This document shows positions 24,538 through 32,000 of a stretch of 32,000 nucleotides of DNA, one piece after another (position 1 is the stretch's first letter; the number at the start of each line of letters is the position of its first letter). The position numbers and the translations under genes are program-made. Origin of the DNA: Gloeothece citriformis PCC 7424 (GTDB taxonomy: Bacteria; Cyanobacteriota; Cyanobacteriia; Cyanobacteriales; Microcystaceae); NCBI RefSeq assembly GCF_000021825.1, contig NC_011729.1, positions 4,506,969 to 4,538,968 of the forward strand, read 5' to 3'. The notes below the pieces were generated by a model. The model was not told the origin of the DNA. It ran no database searches and saw nothing but the letters and a program-made list of their open reading frames with translations.

Positions 24538-25707
24538 ATGACGACCGTTTGTGAATATCGCCCAGGCTTAGAAGGCATTCCTGCTGCACAATCAAGTATT
24601 AGCTACGTTGACGGACTCAGAGGGATTTTAGAATATCGGGGCATTAATATTGAAGAACTCGCTAAACATAGTAGCTTTTTAGAAACCACTTATTTACTCA
24701 TTTGGGGTGAACTTCCCACTAAAGTAGAATTAGAAGAGTTTGAAACTGAAATTCGCTATCACCGCCGGATAAAATATCACATTCGGGATATGATGAAATG
24801 TTTCCCCGAAACCGGACATCCAATGGACGCATTACAAACCAGTGCGGCGGCGTTAGGGTTATTTTACTCCCGTCGTGCCCTCGATGATCCTGCTTATATT
24901 CGTCAGGCAGTCGTGCGGTTAGTGGCTAAAATTCCCACAATGGTGGCGGCTTTTCATTTGATGAGAAGAGGCAATGATCCGATTCAGCCAAATGATAATT
25001 TAGATTATGCCGCGAATTTCTTGTATATGCTCACAGAGCGTAAACCCTCTGATTTAGCGGCTCATATATTTGATGTTTGTCTGACGCTTCATGCCGAACA
25101 TACCATGAATGCGTCTACTTTCTCTGCTATGGTAACCGCTTCTACCTTAACTGATCCTTATGGGGTCATTGCTTCTGCTGTAGGAACATTAGCAGGGCCT
25201 TTACATGGGGGAGCTAATGAAGAAGTATTATTTATGCTCGAAGAAATAGGCACTATTGATAATGTTCGCGCTTATGTGGATGACTGTATTGAGCATAAAA
25301 AGAAAATTATGGGGTTTGGACACCGGGTTTATAAGGTAAAAGATCCCCGTGCCACCATTTTACAAAATTTGGCGATGCAGTTATTTGAACAGATGGGGCA
25401 TGATGAATATTATGCTATGGCTCTTGAGTTAGAAAAAGTGGTAGAGGAAAGGTTAGGTCATAAGGGAATTTACGCTAATGTCGATTTTTATTCGGGTTTA
25501 GTCTATCGAAAACTGGGAATTCCGACAGATTTATTTACGCCTCTTTTTGCCATTTCTAGAGTTGCTGGTTGGTTAGCTCACTGGAAAGAACAATTAGGAG
25601 AAAATCGGATTTTCCGTCCGACTCAAATTTATACCGGTCGTCACGATACCGTTTATATTCCCATTGAAAAACGCTTAACCGCAGTTACCCGTAATGGGTA
25701 TCAATAA
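24538..25707 (+). CDS. gltA: Citrate synthase
   Basis: A 389-aa protein with LHAEH, GPLHGGANE and the GFGHRVYKVKDPR signature. Confidence 0.95.
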   Translation: MTTVCEYRPGLEGIPAAQSSISYVDGLRGILEYRGINIEELAKHSSFLETTYLLIWGELPTKVELEEFETEIRYHRRIKYHIRDMMKCFPETGHPMDALQTSAAALGLFYSRRALDDPAYIRQAVVRLVAKIPTMVAAFHLMRRGNDPIQPNDNLDYAANFLYMLTERKPSDLAAHIFDVCLTLHAEHTMNASTFSAMVTASTLTDPYGVIASAVGTLAGPLHGGANEEVLFMLEEIGTIDNVRAYVDDCIEHKKKIMGFGHRVYKVKDPRATILQNLAMQLFEQMGHDEYYAMALELEKVVEERLGHKGIYANVDFYSGLVYRKLGIPTDLFTPLFAISRVAGWLAHWKEQLGENRIFRPTQIYTGRHDTVYIPIEKRLTAVTRNGYQ

Positions 25708-25772
25708 TTTAAATCAATCTAATTTTGGCGATCGCTTTTTTTGAGTGGGTTTCAAGGGGCGATCGTTTTAGT

Positions 25773-26681
25773 TTATTGTTTGCCTATCCTAAGAAACTTT
25801 TGGACTCGATTGGCCATATGTTGCTTTTCGTGCCAACCAGAACTAAAAAAATATGTAAGGGGTAATTTTTCACCTGAAGAGAGCATCAGAACAAGACGAT
25901 AATTAGCCTCTTCACTGGCATCTTCTACTGTAACGGCGGTAATATCGCTAGTTTTATGTTCAAAAATTTTTTTGCCGAATAAACTAGATCGTTCTATAGT
26001 GACCAGATTTAATTCTCGATCAAAAGAACAAGTTATATAGGGAGCAAACGCCAATATCAAGAAAGTAACTAAACCAACAAAAGCACTAATGGCAAATCCA
26101 GTATAACCTAACCGCTTTTCTGTTTCGTCGTAAATTGTTAAAGACTCTTTTAAAGGGTTTTCGAGAAAAGAATTGATTTGGCTAACTATAGTCAAAAGAT
26201 GTTGGTATGCTGGTTGAGCAGGAGAAATATAGCCATCTATCAAAGGAATATTCTCCTGAGCGGTTACAAGAACACCTCGATAACGATCAAACGCGCTATT
26301 AATACCATCATATAACTTAGCTTCTAGTAAAGCTTCCCGTAATTCTGGGATTATAATTTTGCTTTGTTCTCTCCCTAACCAGTTAATTGCTGTTAATTCA
26401 CAATTGGTATTAAAACTGGGTTGATGAGTAGATATTGGCGGAGAATAATGGGTACAATTAATAATAGTTATAGGTGGTATAGTTAACGTAAATAGTATAG
26501 ATATCAGAGCAAATCCACCAAAAAAAATACTACTTGTCCAAGAAAATGTGGGTCTAATTTGGAAAATTAATCTATTTTTTGTTTCTTCTACAATTTTAAA
26601 GTTTCTACAAATAATACAAATATACAATCCTAAGCAAATTAGGGCAAAAAGACCTGTAAAAAATATTTTTTGCGAGATCAT
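25773..26681 (-). CDS. Hypothetical membrane protein (3-4 TM segments) with a soluble C-terminal ~85-aa domain
   Basis: TM stretches are IFFTGLFALICLGLYICIIC, IFFGGFALISILFTLTI and AISAFVGLVTFLILAFAPYI. Its start lies 1 nt from the upstream gene's stop, so the two are probably co-translated. Confidence 0.6.
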   Translation of the reverse strand: MISQKIFFTGLFALICLGLYICIICRNFKIVEETKNRLIFQIRPTFSWTSSIFFGGFALISILFTLTIPPITIINCTHYSPPISTHQPSFNTNCELTAINWLGREQSKIIIPELREALLEAKLYDGINSAFDRYRGVLVTAQENIPLIDGYISPAQPAYQHLLTIVSQINSFLENPLKESLTIYDETEKRLGYTGFAISAFVGLVTFLILAFAPYITCSFDRELNLVTIERSSLFGKKIFEHKTSDITAVTVEDASEEANYRLVLMLSSGEKLPLTYFFSSGWHEKQHMANRVQKFLRIGKQ

Positions 26682-26682
26682 T

Positions 26683-27057
26683 CTATTTATTTTCTAATAA
26701 AACTTGGACTAATTCTTTAACTGTTGCTTCTAGTTTTTCGACTCTCTGTTCTAGAGTTATGGGAGGTGTTAAGCCTTGGATAGCCGCTAAAAAAGATGTC
26801 CATCCCTTTTTACATTTTATTCCGTAAGCTTGTTTATAAGCATTATAGGCATTATTATAATTGCCATATTTAGCTATAATTTCTTCTTGAGTAATTTTTC
26901 CTGAAGAAAGTAACTGCTCAGAGGGGTTTAAGTTGGTTAATATCTCTTGTAAGCGAGAGGATAAAATAGCGGTAATTCCATACACTTGAGCAGAATTTTT
27001 AATGTCCTGTTGATGTAGGGTTTCTAACTGGTCAATTAGTTGATTCAGTCTTCCCAT
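26683..27057 (-). CDS. Hypothetical 124-aa helical protein
   Basis: An ATG-initiated ORF tightly coupled to the downstream membrane-protein gene. No domain recognised. Confidence 0.55.
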   Translation of the reverse strand: MGRLNQLIDQLETLHQQDIKNSAQVYGITAILSSRLQEILTNLNPSEQLLSSGKITQEEIIAKYGNYNNAYNAYKQAYGIKCKKGWTSFLAAIQGLTPPITLEQRVEKLEATVKELVQVLLENK

Positions 27058-27116
27058 TTTTTTCTGAATTGTTTATTTGTCTAATAAAGAGGGATTAATT
27101 GAGGCTAGATCTCTAT

Positions 27117-27728
27117 TTATTTGGGGTTCACTTGATCGAAGGGTAACGCATTATCCATTGTTCCATAGTCCCCAAAATTATCATCTAAAAATAAAGATTT
27201 AATCAGTGTCCATAAGATACTAAATTTACCAAAGATTGATTTAGTTGCCTTGACTTTAGTCGCTGCTACTTCTATTTCTATCTGAATCTGTTTAATTTCG
27301 GCGATCGCTCTTTCTCGTTGAGCCAAAATTTGGGCTTTTTCTTCGGTTAATTGTAACATTTCTTGATTCAAGATAGCTAACTCGGTTTTCAGATGAGTAT
27401 TTTCGTGAGAAAGTTTAATTTTTTCGATTTTTAGGTTGTTATTTTTTTGAGAAATTTCAACAACTTTTGTTTTTAGAGTGCTATTTTCTTGAGAAATTTC
27501 AGCAATTTTTGTTGTTAGAGTCGAATTTTGTTGAGAAACGTCAGACATTTGGGTTTTTAAAACTCCGTTATCTTGTCTATATCGCTCATTCCACCCTTGT
27601 AAACTGCCTCGTGACCGTCTTAAAGATTTAATTAGAGCGACAGCTTCTTGTAAGTTAGTATCATTAGGATATTCCTTAGCAAGCTCGTAGAGACTGTTCA
27701 GTCGTTCATCAATAACATCAATACTCAT
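27117..27728 (-). CDS. Hypothetical coiled-coil protein with five 14-residue repeats
   Basis: The repeats are DVSQQNSTLTTK / IAEISQENSTLKTK / VVEISQKNNNLKIE / KIKLSHENTHLKTE / LAILNQEMLQLTEE (42-bp periodicity around 27340-27560). A hydrophobic C-terminal patch reads FGKFSILWTLIKSLF. Confidence 0.6.
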   Translation of the reverse strand: MSIDVIDERLNSLYELAKEYPNDTNLQEAVALIKSLRRSRGSLQGWNERYRQDNGVLKTQMSDVSQQNSTLTTKIAEISQENSTLKTKVVEISQKNNNLKIEKIKLSHENTHLKTELAILNQEMLQLTEEKAQILAQRERAIAEIKQIQIEIEVAATKVKATKSIFGKFSILWTLIKSLFLDDNFGDYGTMDNALPFDQVNPK

Positions 27729-27808
27729 GATCTGCTCCTAGTAATCGGATAAGTTTACTATACTTATCCGTTTTTACTAGCTTTTTTGAGAAAGGGCTGT
27801 GATTTAAA

Positions 27809-30622
27809 TCACTCGTGTTGTTCTATAATTTCTGCTATCTTGTCAAACGAGTTAACCAATAACCTAGTCTGTTCTGAAGTTTGACGGATAAAGGTCGCCA
27901 TTTCCAATACTGAGTGACTGACTTGTGCCAAAGTGTCTCCGTCTTCAATCCTAACTTGAGCTATTTCTTTGACTAAATCGGTAATTTGACCATTAAAGCG
28001 AATTATTTGACCAGATAAAAGCTTTATTTCTTCAACTAAGTGATTGTCAATCTTTATCTGTTGAATTTCTCGTCTGATTGTGGTAGAAACTTCATGGGTT
28101 TGTCCTTGAATTTCTCCTATCAAAGGGACGATCTGATTAAATTCGGTTTCCATTTGTGCGGTTAGGGAGAGTGCTTTTTTAATCATAGAAGATAACTGTC
28201 CATTTCCGCCTTCAATACGAGAAACTTCTAGTTCTGCACTCAAAGCTTCAAATTTAACTTGAGGCATGATATTATTGACTAGACTAATCACGTCAAAAAG
28301 CTTGCGGACAGGCTGTTCAATCAAATTAAGTTGATCTGCTGTTTGAATAAAAGTGTTTTGAAAAGTAGAAATCTGCTCTAAAAGTTGATTCATAGATTCA
28401 CAAGAAGACTGAATCATTTTTGTCATCTGCTGCTGTTGGCTTTCTATTTGTTGAATAATAGTATTCTGATTCTCAACATGATTAGCCGTGTCTCGAATTT
28501 GATTATAAATAACACTAACTCTATCCATTTGAGTTAAGGCTTCTGTTGAGAGATTTTTTAATCCGGTTTGATTTTCTCCTAGAATTTCTGACAACTGAAG
28601 GTGAAGAGTTTCTTGTTGTTGGTGCTGTTTTTGTCCAATCAAATGAGCGGTTTGATAGGCTTGCTCTACTTGCCCTAACAGTCTAGCATGATCGAGAGCA
28701 AAACCGACTTGAATCGCTATCTGGGTAAATAACTCTATTTCTGAAGGTTGCCAATGGCGAGGATTAGTGCATTGATGGGCAATTAATAAGCCAAATAATC
28801 TCTCATCTTTGAGAATCGGGGCGACTAAATTAGCTTTTACCCCAAAAGGTTCGAGTTGTTGCAAATAACACTCGGTTAATCCGGCTTCATAGATATTATC
28901 GAGGGCATGAACTCTTCCCTGTTGATAAGACTCTACATACCCTTCGGCAAAACAGGGGTCTTTAATTTTTGCCCATAACGCTTTGGGAAATCCGGGTACA
29001 ACAGATTCAGCGATTACCGTACCATACCAATCAGAATCAAAAGAATAAACCAGAACTCGGTCGGCTTTAAAGGCTTTACGGACTTCTTCAACGGTAGTGG
29101 TTAAAACATCTTCTTCCCGCAGAGATTTTCGTAAATTAAGGGTAATATCGCTAAAAAGATGCGTTTGTTCGGCAGAGTGATCTACTTGCCCTAACAGTCT
29201 AGCATGATCGAGAGCAAAACCGACTTGAATCGCTATCTGGGCAAATAAATCTATTTCTGAAGGTTGCCAATGGCGAGGATTAGAACATTGATGGGCAATT
29301 AATAAGCCAAATAATCGCTCATCTTTGAGAATCGGGGCGACTAAATTAGCTTTTACCCCAAAAGGTTCGAGTTGTTGCAAATAACACTCGGTTAATCCGG
29401 CTTCATAGATATTATCGAGGGCATGAACTCTTCCCTGTTGATAAGACTCTACATACCCTTCGGCAAAACAGGGGTCTTTAATTTTTGCCCATAACGCTTT
29501 GGGAAATCCGGGTACAACAGATTCAGCGATTACCGTACCATACCAGTCAGAATCAAAAGAATAAACCAGAACTCGGTCGGCTTTAAAGGCTTTACGAACT
29601 TCTTCAACGGTAGTGGTTAAAACATCTTCTTCCCGCAGAGATTTCCGTAAATTAAGGGTAATATCAGTAAAAATTTGCGTTTGTTCGGCAGAGTGATCTA
29701 CTTGCGCTAACAGTCTAGCATGATCAAGGGCAAAACCGACTTGAATCGCTATCTGGGCAAATAAATCTATTTCTGAGGGTTGCCAATGACGAGAATTAGC
29801 GCATTGATGGGCAATTAGTAAACCAAAAAGCTTATTTTCCCGAAAAATGGGGGCGATTAAACTGGCTTTAACAGCAAATCGTTCTAACAATCCAATGTCA
29901 GCATCGGACAATTCGGCTTGATAAATATCGTTAATCGCATGAATGAGTCCCTCTTGATACATTTGAGTGTAATTTTGGTCAAAAAGAGCATGATTAATCG
30001 TCGTCCATAGGGTTTTTGGCCAAATAGGCGCAACGGATTCGGCGATAAACGTCCCTTCCAACTCATTATCAAAGCGAAAAATCGCAACTCGGTCAGTGTT
30101 TAGGGTTTGACGGACTTCTTCAACCGTTGTTCTCAAAACATTTTCTTCTGAGAAGGATTCCCAAATGTGGCGACTAATGGTCATTAATACTTGAAACTGT
30201 TCGTCAGTGGCCTCTCTTTTCCATAACAGAGTGGGAATTTGTTGAGCGATTAGGTTAATATTCTTTGGTAAGTTCCTCAGTGCGTCTGGGTTTGTTTCAG
30301 GAGAACGAAGGGGGAAATTTTCTTGACGCAGACGATTGACGACAGTAGTAGAAGTCTGAGACGCTTTGAGAATTGGACGGAGAACAAGACGAGTTAACCT
30401 AAGTGCGATCGTAGCACTGAATAGGGCGGTTGCACCGGATATCAATGCAATGACGGATAATTGGGGTGTCAGAGGAGATTGAGTGTTTTGTCTGTCTTCA
30501 ACCAGTTGGGTTTTTAGGGATTGAATCGCTAAATAGCTGAGTCCTCCGACAATCAAGGGAGGAATGAGGGTTAAACTGATTGCCCCTGCCAGAATTTTAG
30601 CTTTTAAACTCCATTTATTCAT
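27809..30622 (-). CDS. Membrane-anchored MCP-like photoreceptor candidate: 2 TM, GAF1, two DXCF cyanobacteriochrome-type GAFs and a divergent MCP signalling domain
   Basis: N-terminal TM helices (AGAISLTLIPPLIVGGLSYLAI, VIALISGATALFSATIAL) and three GAF domains. GAF2 and GAF3 contain DPCF, and a second Cys lies 28 residues downstream (GLTECY). The C-terminus is a heptad-rich ~290 aa with an MCP-tip-like FEALSAELEVSRIEGGNGQLSSMIKKALSLTAQ. Confidence 0.8.
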   Translation of the reverse strand: MNKWSLKAKILAGAISLTLIPPLIVGGLSYLAIQSLKTQLVEDRQNTQSPLTPQLSVIALISGATALFSATIALRLTRLVLRPILKASQTSTTVVNRLRQENFPLRSPETNPDALRNLPKNINLIAQQIPTLLWKREATDEQFQVLMTISRHIWESFSEENVLRTTVEEVRQTLNTDRVAIFRFDNELEGTFIAESVAPIWPKTLWTTINHALFDQNYTQMYQEGLIHAINDIYQAELSDADIGLLERFAVKASLIAPIFRENKLFGLLIAHQCANSRHWQPSEIDLFAQIAIQVGFALDHARLLAQVDHSAEQTQIFTDITLNLRKSLREEDVLTTTVEEVRKAFKADRVLVYSFDSDWYGTVIAESVVPGFPKALWAKIKDPCFAEGYVESYQQGRVHALDNIYEAGLTECYLQQLEPFGVKANLVAPILKDERLFGLLIAHQCSNPRHWQPSEIDLFAQIAIQVGFALDHARLLGQVDHSAEQTHLFSDITLNLRKSLREEDVLTTTVEEVRKAFKADRVLVYSFDSDWYGTVIAESVVPGFPKALWAKIKDPCFAEGYVESYQQGRVHALDNIYEAGLTECYLQQLEPFGVKANLVAPILKDERLFGLLIAHQCTNPRHWQPSEIELFTQIAIQVGFALDHARLLGQVEQAYQTAHLIGQKQHQQQETLHLQLSEILGENQTGLKNLSTEALTQMDRVSVIYNQIRDTANHVENQNTIIQQIESQQQQMTKMIQSSCESMNQLLEQISTFQNTFIQTADQLNLIEQPVRKLFDVISLVNNIMPQVKFEALSAELEVSRIEGGNGQLSSMIKKALSLTAQMETEFNQIVPLIGEIQGQTHEVSTTIRREIQQIKIDNHLVEEIKLLSGQIIRFNGQITDLVKEIAQVRIEDGDTLAQVSHSVLEMATFIRQTSEQTRLLVNSFDKIAEIIEQHE
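28666..30213 (-). repeat. Three tandem 516-bp coding units (GAF3, GAF2, GAF1)
   Basis: ctacttgc starts at 28666, 29182 and 29698, a 516-bp (172-codon) period. Units 28666-29181 and 29182-29697 differ at about a dozen positions by eye. The third unit is conserved for about its first 125 bp (29698 to ~29820) and is largely diverged beyond that. Confidence 0.9.
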
Positions 30623-30759
30623 TACTATGCGTCTTCTCTTTTTGTCGTCTAATTCTTGCTTTGGCTTTTTATCTTAATTGACAAGTGCATTAAAATCTAT
30701 CAATATTTTTTTGAACTGCTACAATTTTTTTAGCCAATTCTAGAGCGACAGAAACCCTA

Positions 30760-31266
30760 ATGAATATTAAGAGAATTAACGCCCTATTAACAGAATTAAT
30801 GAATATTTGCCGAGAAATCGAGGGTTCTGTTTTAGTTTCATCCGATGGACAGCTTTTAACCGAGGCGATTGGGATAGATAATCAGACTGGGCAACTTCTA
30901 GCGGGAACATTTCTTCATTTGATGCAAAATACCTGTCAAGAATTTGATGATTCAGAGATTGAAAGTATTAGTCTTAAAGGACAAGATGGGTATGTTATTT
31001 TTACCTCTTGTTATTCGGAGGTATTTTTATTAATTAAAGCGAGTCACAAGGTTTCGGTTGGGTTTTTAAAAAGAGAAATTGAGTTAATGTCTAAAAAGTT
31101 ACAGACGGAATTTCAAGAAACTTCTTCTTCCGTTTTCTCTTCTTATCGTTCGACTGCCCCAGAATTACTCAATTCCTCAACTAAAACAGGTTCATCTAAG
31201 TTTAACAGAAATGAGCGGTCAATTCAAACGACCAGCATCCGCTATCGAGGACTTTTTAAGAGTTAA
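30760..31266 (+). CDS. Roadblock/LC7 (MglB-like) domain protein with a Ser/Thr-rich C-terminal tail
   Basis: The N-terminal ~115 aa (LMNICREIEGSVLVSSDGQLLTEAIG...ISLKGQDGYVIFTSCYSEVFLLIKAS) fit the Roadblock/LC7 alpha-beta-alpha pattern. The gene is divergently transcribed from the MCP-like gene. Confidence 0.7.
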   Translation: MNIKRINALLTELMNICREIEGSVLVSSDGQLLTEAIGIDNQTGQLLAGTFLHLMQNTCQEFDDSEIESISLKGQDGYVIFTSCYSEVFLLIKASHKVSVGFLKREIELMSKKLQTEFQETSSSVFSSYRSTAPELLNSSTKTGSSKFNRNERSIQTTSIRYRGLFKS

Positions 31267-31270
31267 CACT

Positions 31271-31312
31271 CATTAGTCATTAGTCATTAGTCATTGGTCA
31301 TTAGTTATTAGT
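31271..31312. repeat. Heptanucleotide tandem repeat (STRR-like), six units
   Basis: cattagt x3, then cattggt, cattagt and tattagt. This is related to the TTGGTCA-type STRR heptamers of cyanobacteria and to the inverted copies at 8951-8992. Confidence 0.85.
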
Positions 31313-31346
31313 TAATTTAATTGATTAACTTGGGTCAAGAAGTCTA

Positions 31347-32000
31347 TTATTTTTTAGCCAAAATTGTTGCCCTAGTTACTCGCAGAACTTGATAAACCCC
31401 TTGCTGATCTAAAAATTGATAATCTTGAGGTTTTAACCCTAATCTATCAATATATTTTTGCTCGGTGATTAACAAGACTGTAGGGGCAACTTGAGAACTA
31501 TTTTTTTGACTTTCTAAATACTCAATTAAACGCTCTTGATTATTAAAAAATTCGACATTTTGCCGAGTATAATATACTAAACTAGGTCGAATAAACCCGA
31601 CTAAAAGTAACTCTTCACCGGGTTGTCTCACTTGAGTAATTAAAGCAGAAAGTTGTCTGAGAGGAAGCTGACTATCTTTATCTCTAATTTGAGCCACCGG
31701 AAGGGCAATAAAGCTAATAAACGCCATAAAACCGATTAAATTGGGAATCCACAACCAACGCCAGTCTCGTCTTCTTAATAATAAAAATATTGCTCCTAAA
31801 GCCACAAGTCCCCAAATTAACCCCCCTAAAATCGGTAAACTAGATTGTTGTAATAAAGTGGAAAATTCAGGTTTTCTCGGATCTCCCCCCACCAATTGTG
31901 GACTATAAAAACTCGCTAAAGCAAGGGCGATTAAAACAACAATATTAACCAGTCCACTAATTCCTAATAACCATCGTTGTTTTGAAAGCTTATTATTCTT
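31347..32000 (-). CDS. C-terminal part of a polytopic membrane protein (possibly an ArnT/PMT-like glycosyltransferase). The N-terminus lies beyond the window end.
   Basis: I checked codon by codon that the frame stays open from 31895 to 32000 (KNNKLSKQRWLLGISGLVNIVVLIALALASFYSPQLVGGDP...), so the track's TTG start is artificial. TM helices are followed by a ~130-aa soluble tail. The family assignment is tentative. Confidence 0.5.
   Translation of the reverse strand, partial: KNNKLSKQRWLLGISGLVNIVVLIALALASFYSPQLVGGDPRKPEFSTLLQQSSLPILGGLIWGLVALGAIFLLLRRRDWRWLWIPNLIGFMAFISFIALPVAQIRDKDSQLPLRQLSALITQVRQPGEELLLVGFIRPSLVYYTRQNVEFFNNQERLIEYLESQKNSSQVAPTVLLITEQKYIDRLGLKPQDYQFLDQQGVYQVLRVTRATILAKK

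Overview
This is a cyanobacterial chromosomal segment. The evidence is recurrent HIP1 GCGATCGC octamers, CP12, a ctaCDE oxidase operon and STRR-like heptamer tracts. Most of it is housekeeping: tkt-fabF-acpP, an HdrB/SdhE-like CCG protein with acylphosphatase, ctaCDE, glmM, cp12, a FIST protein, tRNA-Arg(UCU), a DHH/DHHA1 phosphoesterase, sixA and gltA. Four regions stand out. (1) At 16.7-19.8 kb, beside the tRNA, an NLR-like STAND NTPase (NB-ARC + KLC-type TPRs + C-terminal TM segment) has its helical N-terminal module cut off by a single in-frame UGA-C stop. It also carries an in-frame insertion of hairpin repeats and three nucleotide-identical 126-bp TPR units. (2) At 21.4-22.6 kb, a 1.2-kb gene-free region holds two tandem ~355-bp units with conserved long-range helices that sequester a Cys-rich mini-ORF, upstream of the DHH gene. 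(3) At 27.8-30.6 kb, an MCP-like protein has three tandem 516-bp GAF units. Two are near-identical DXCF cyanobacteriochrome-type GAFs with Cys-Tyr in place of Cys-His. The gene is divergent from a Roadblock/LC7 gene. (4) At 25.8-27.7 kb there is an AT-rich three-gene cassette I cannot assign. I saw no CRISPR array, transposase, rRNA or prophage genes.
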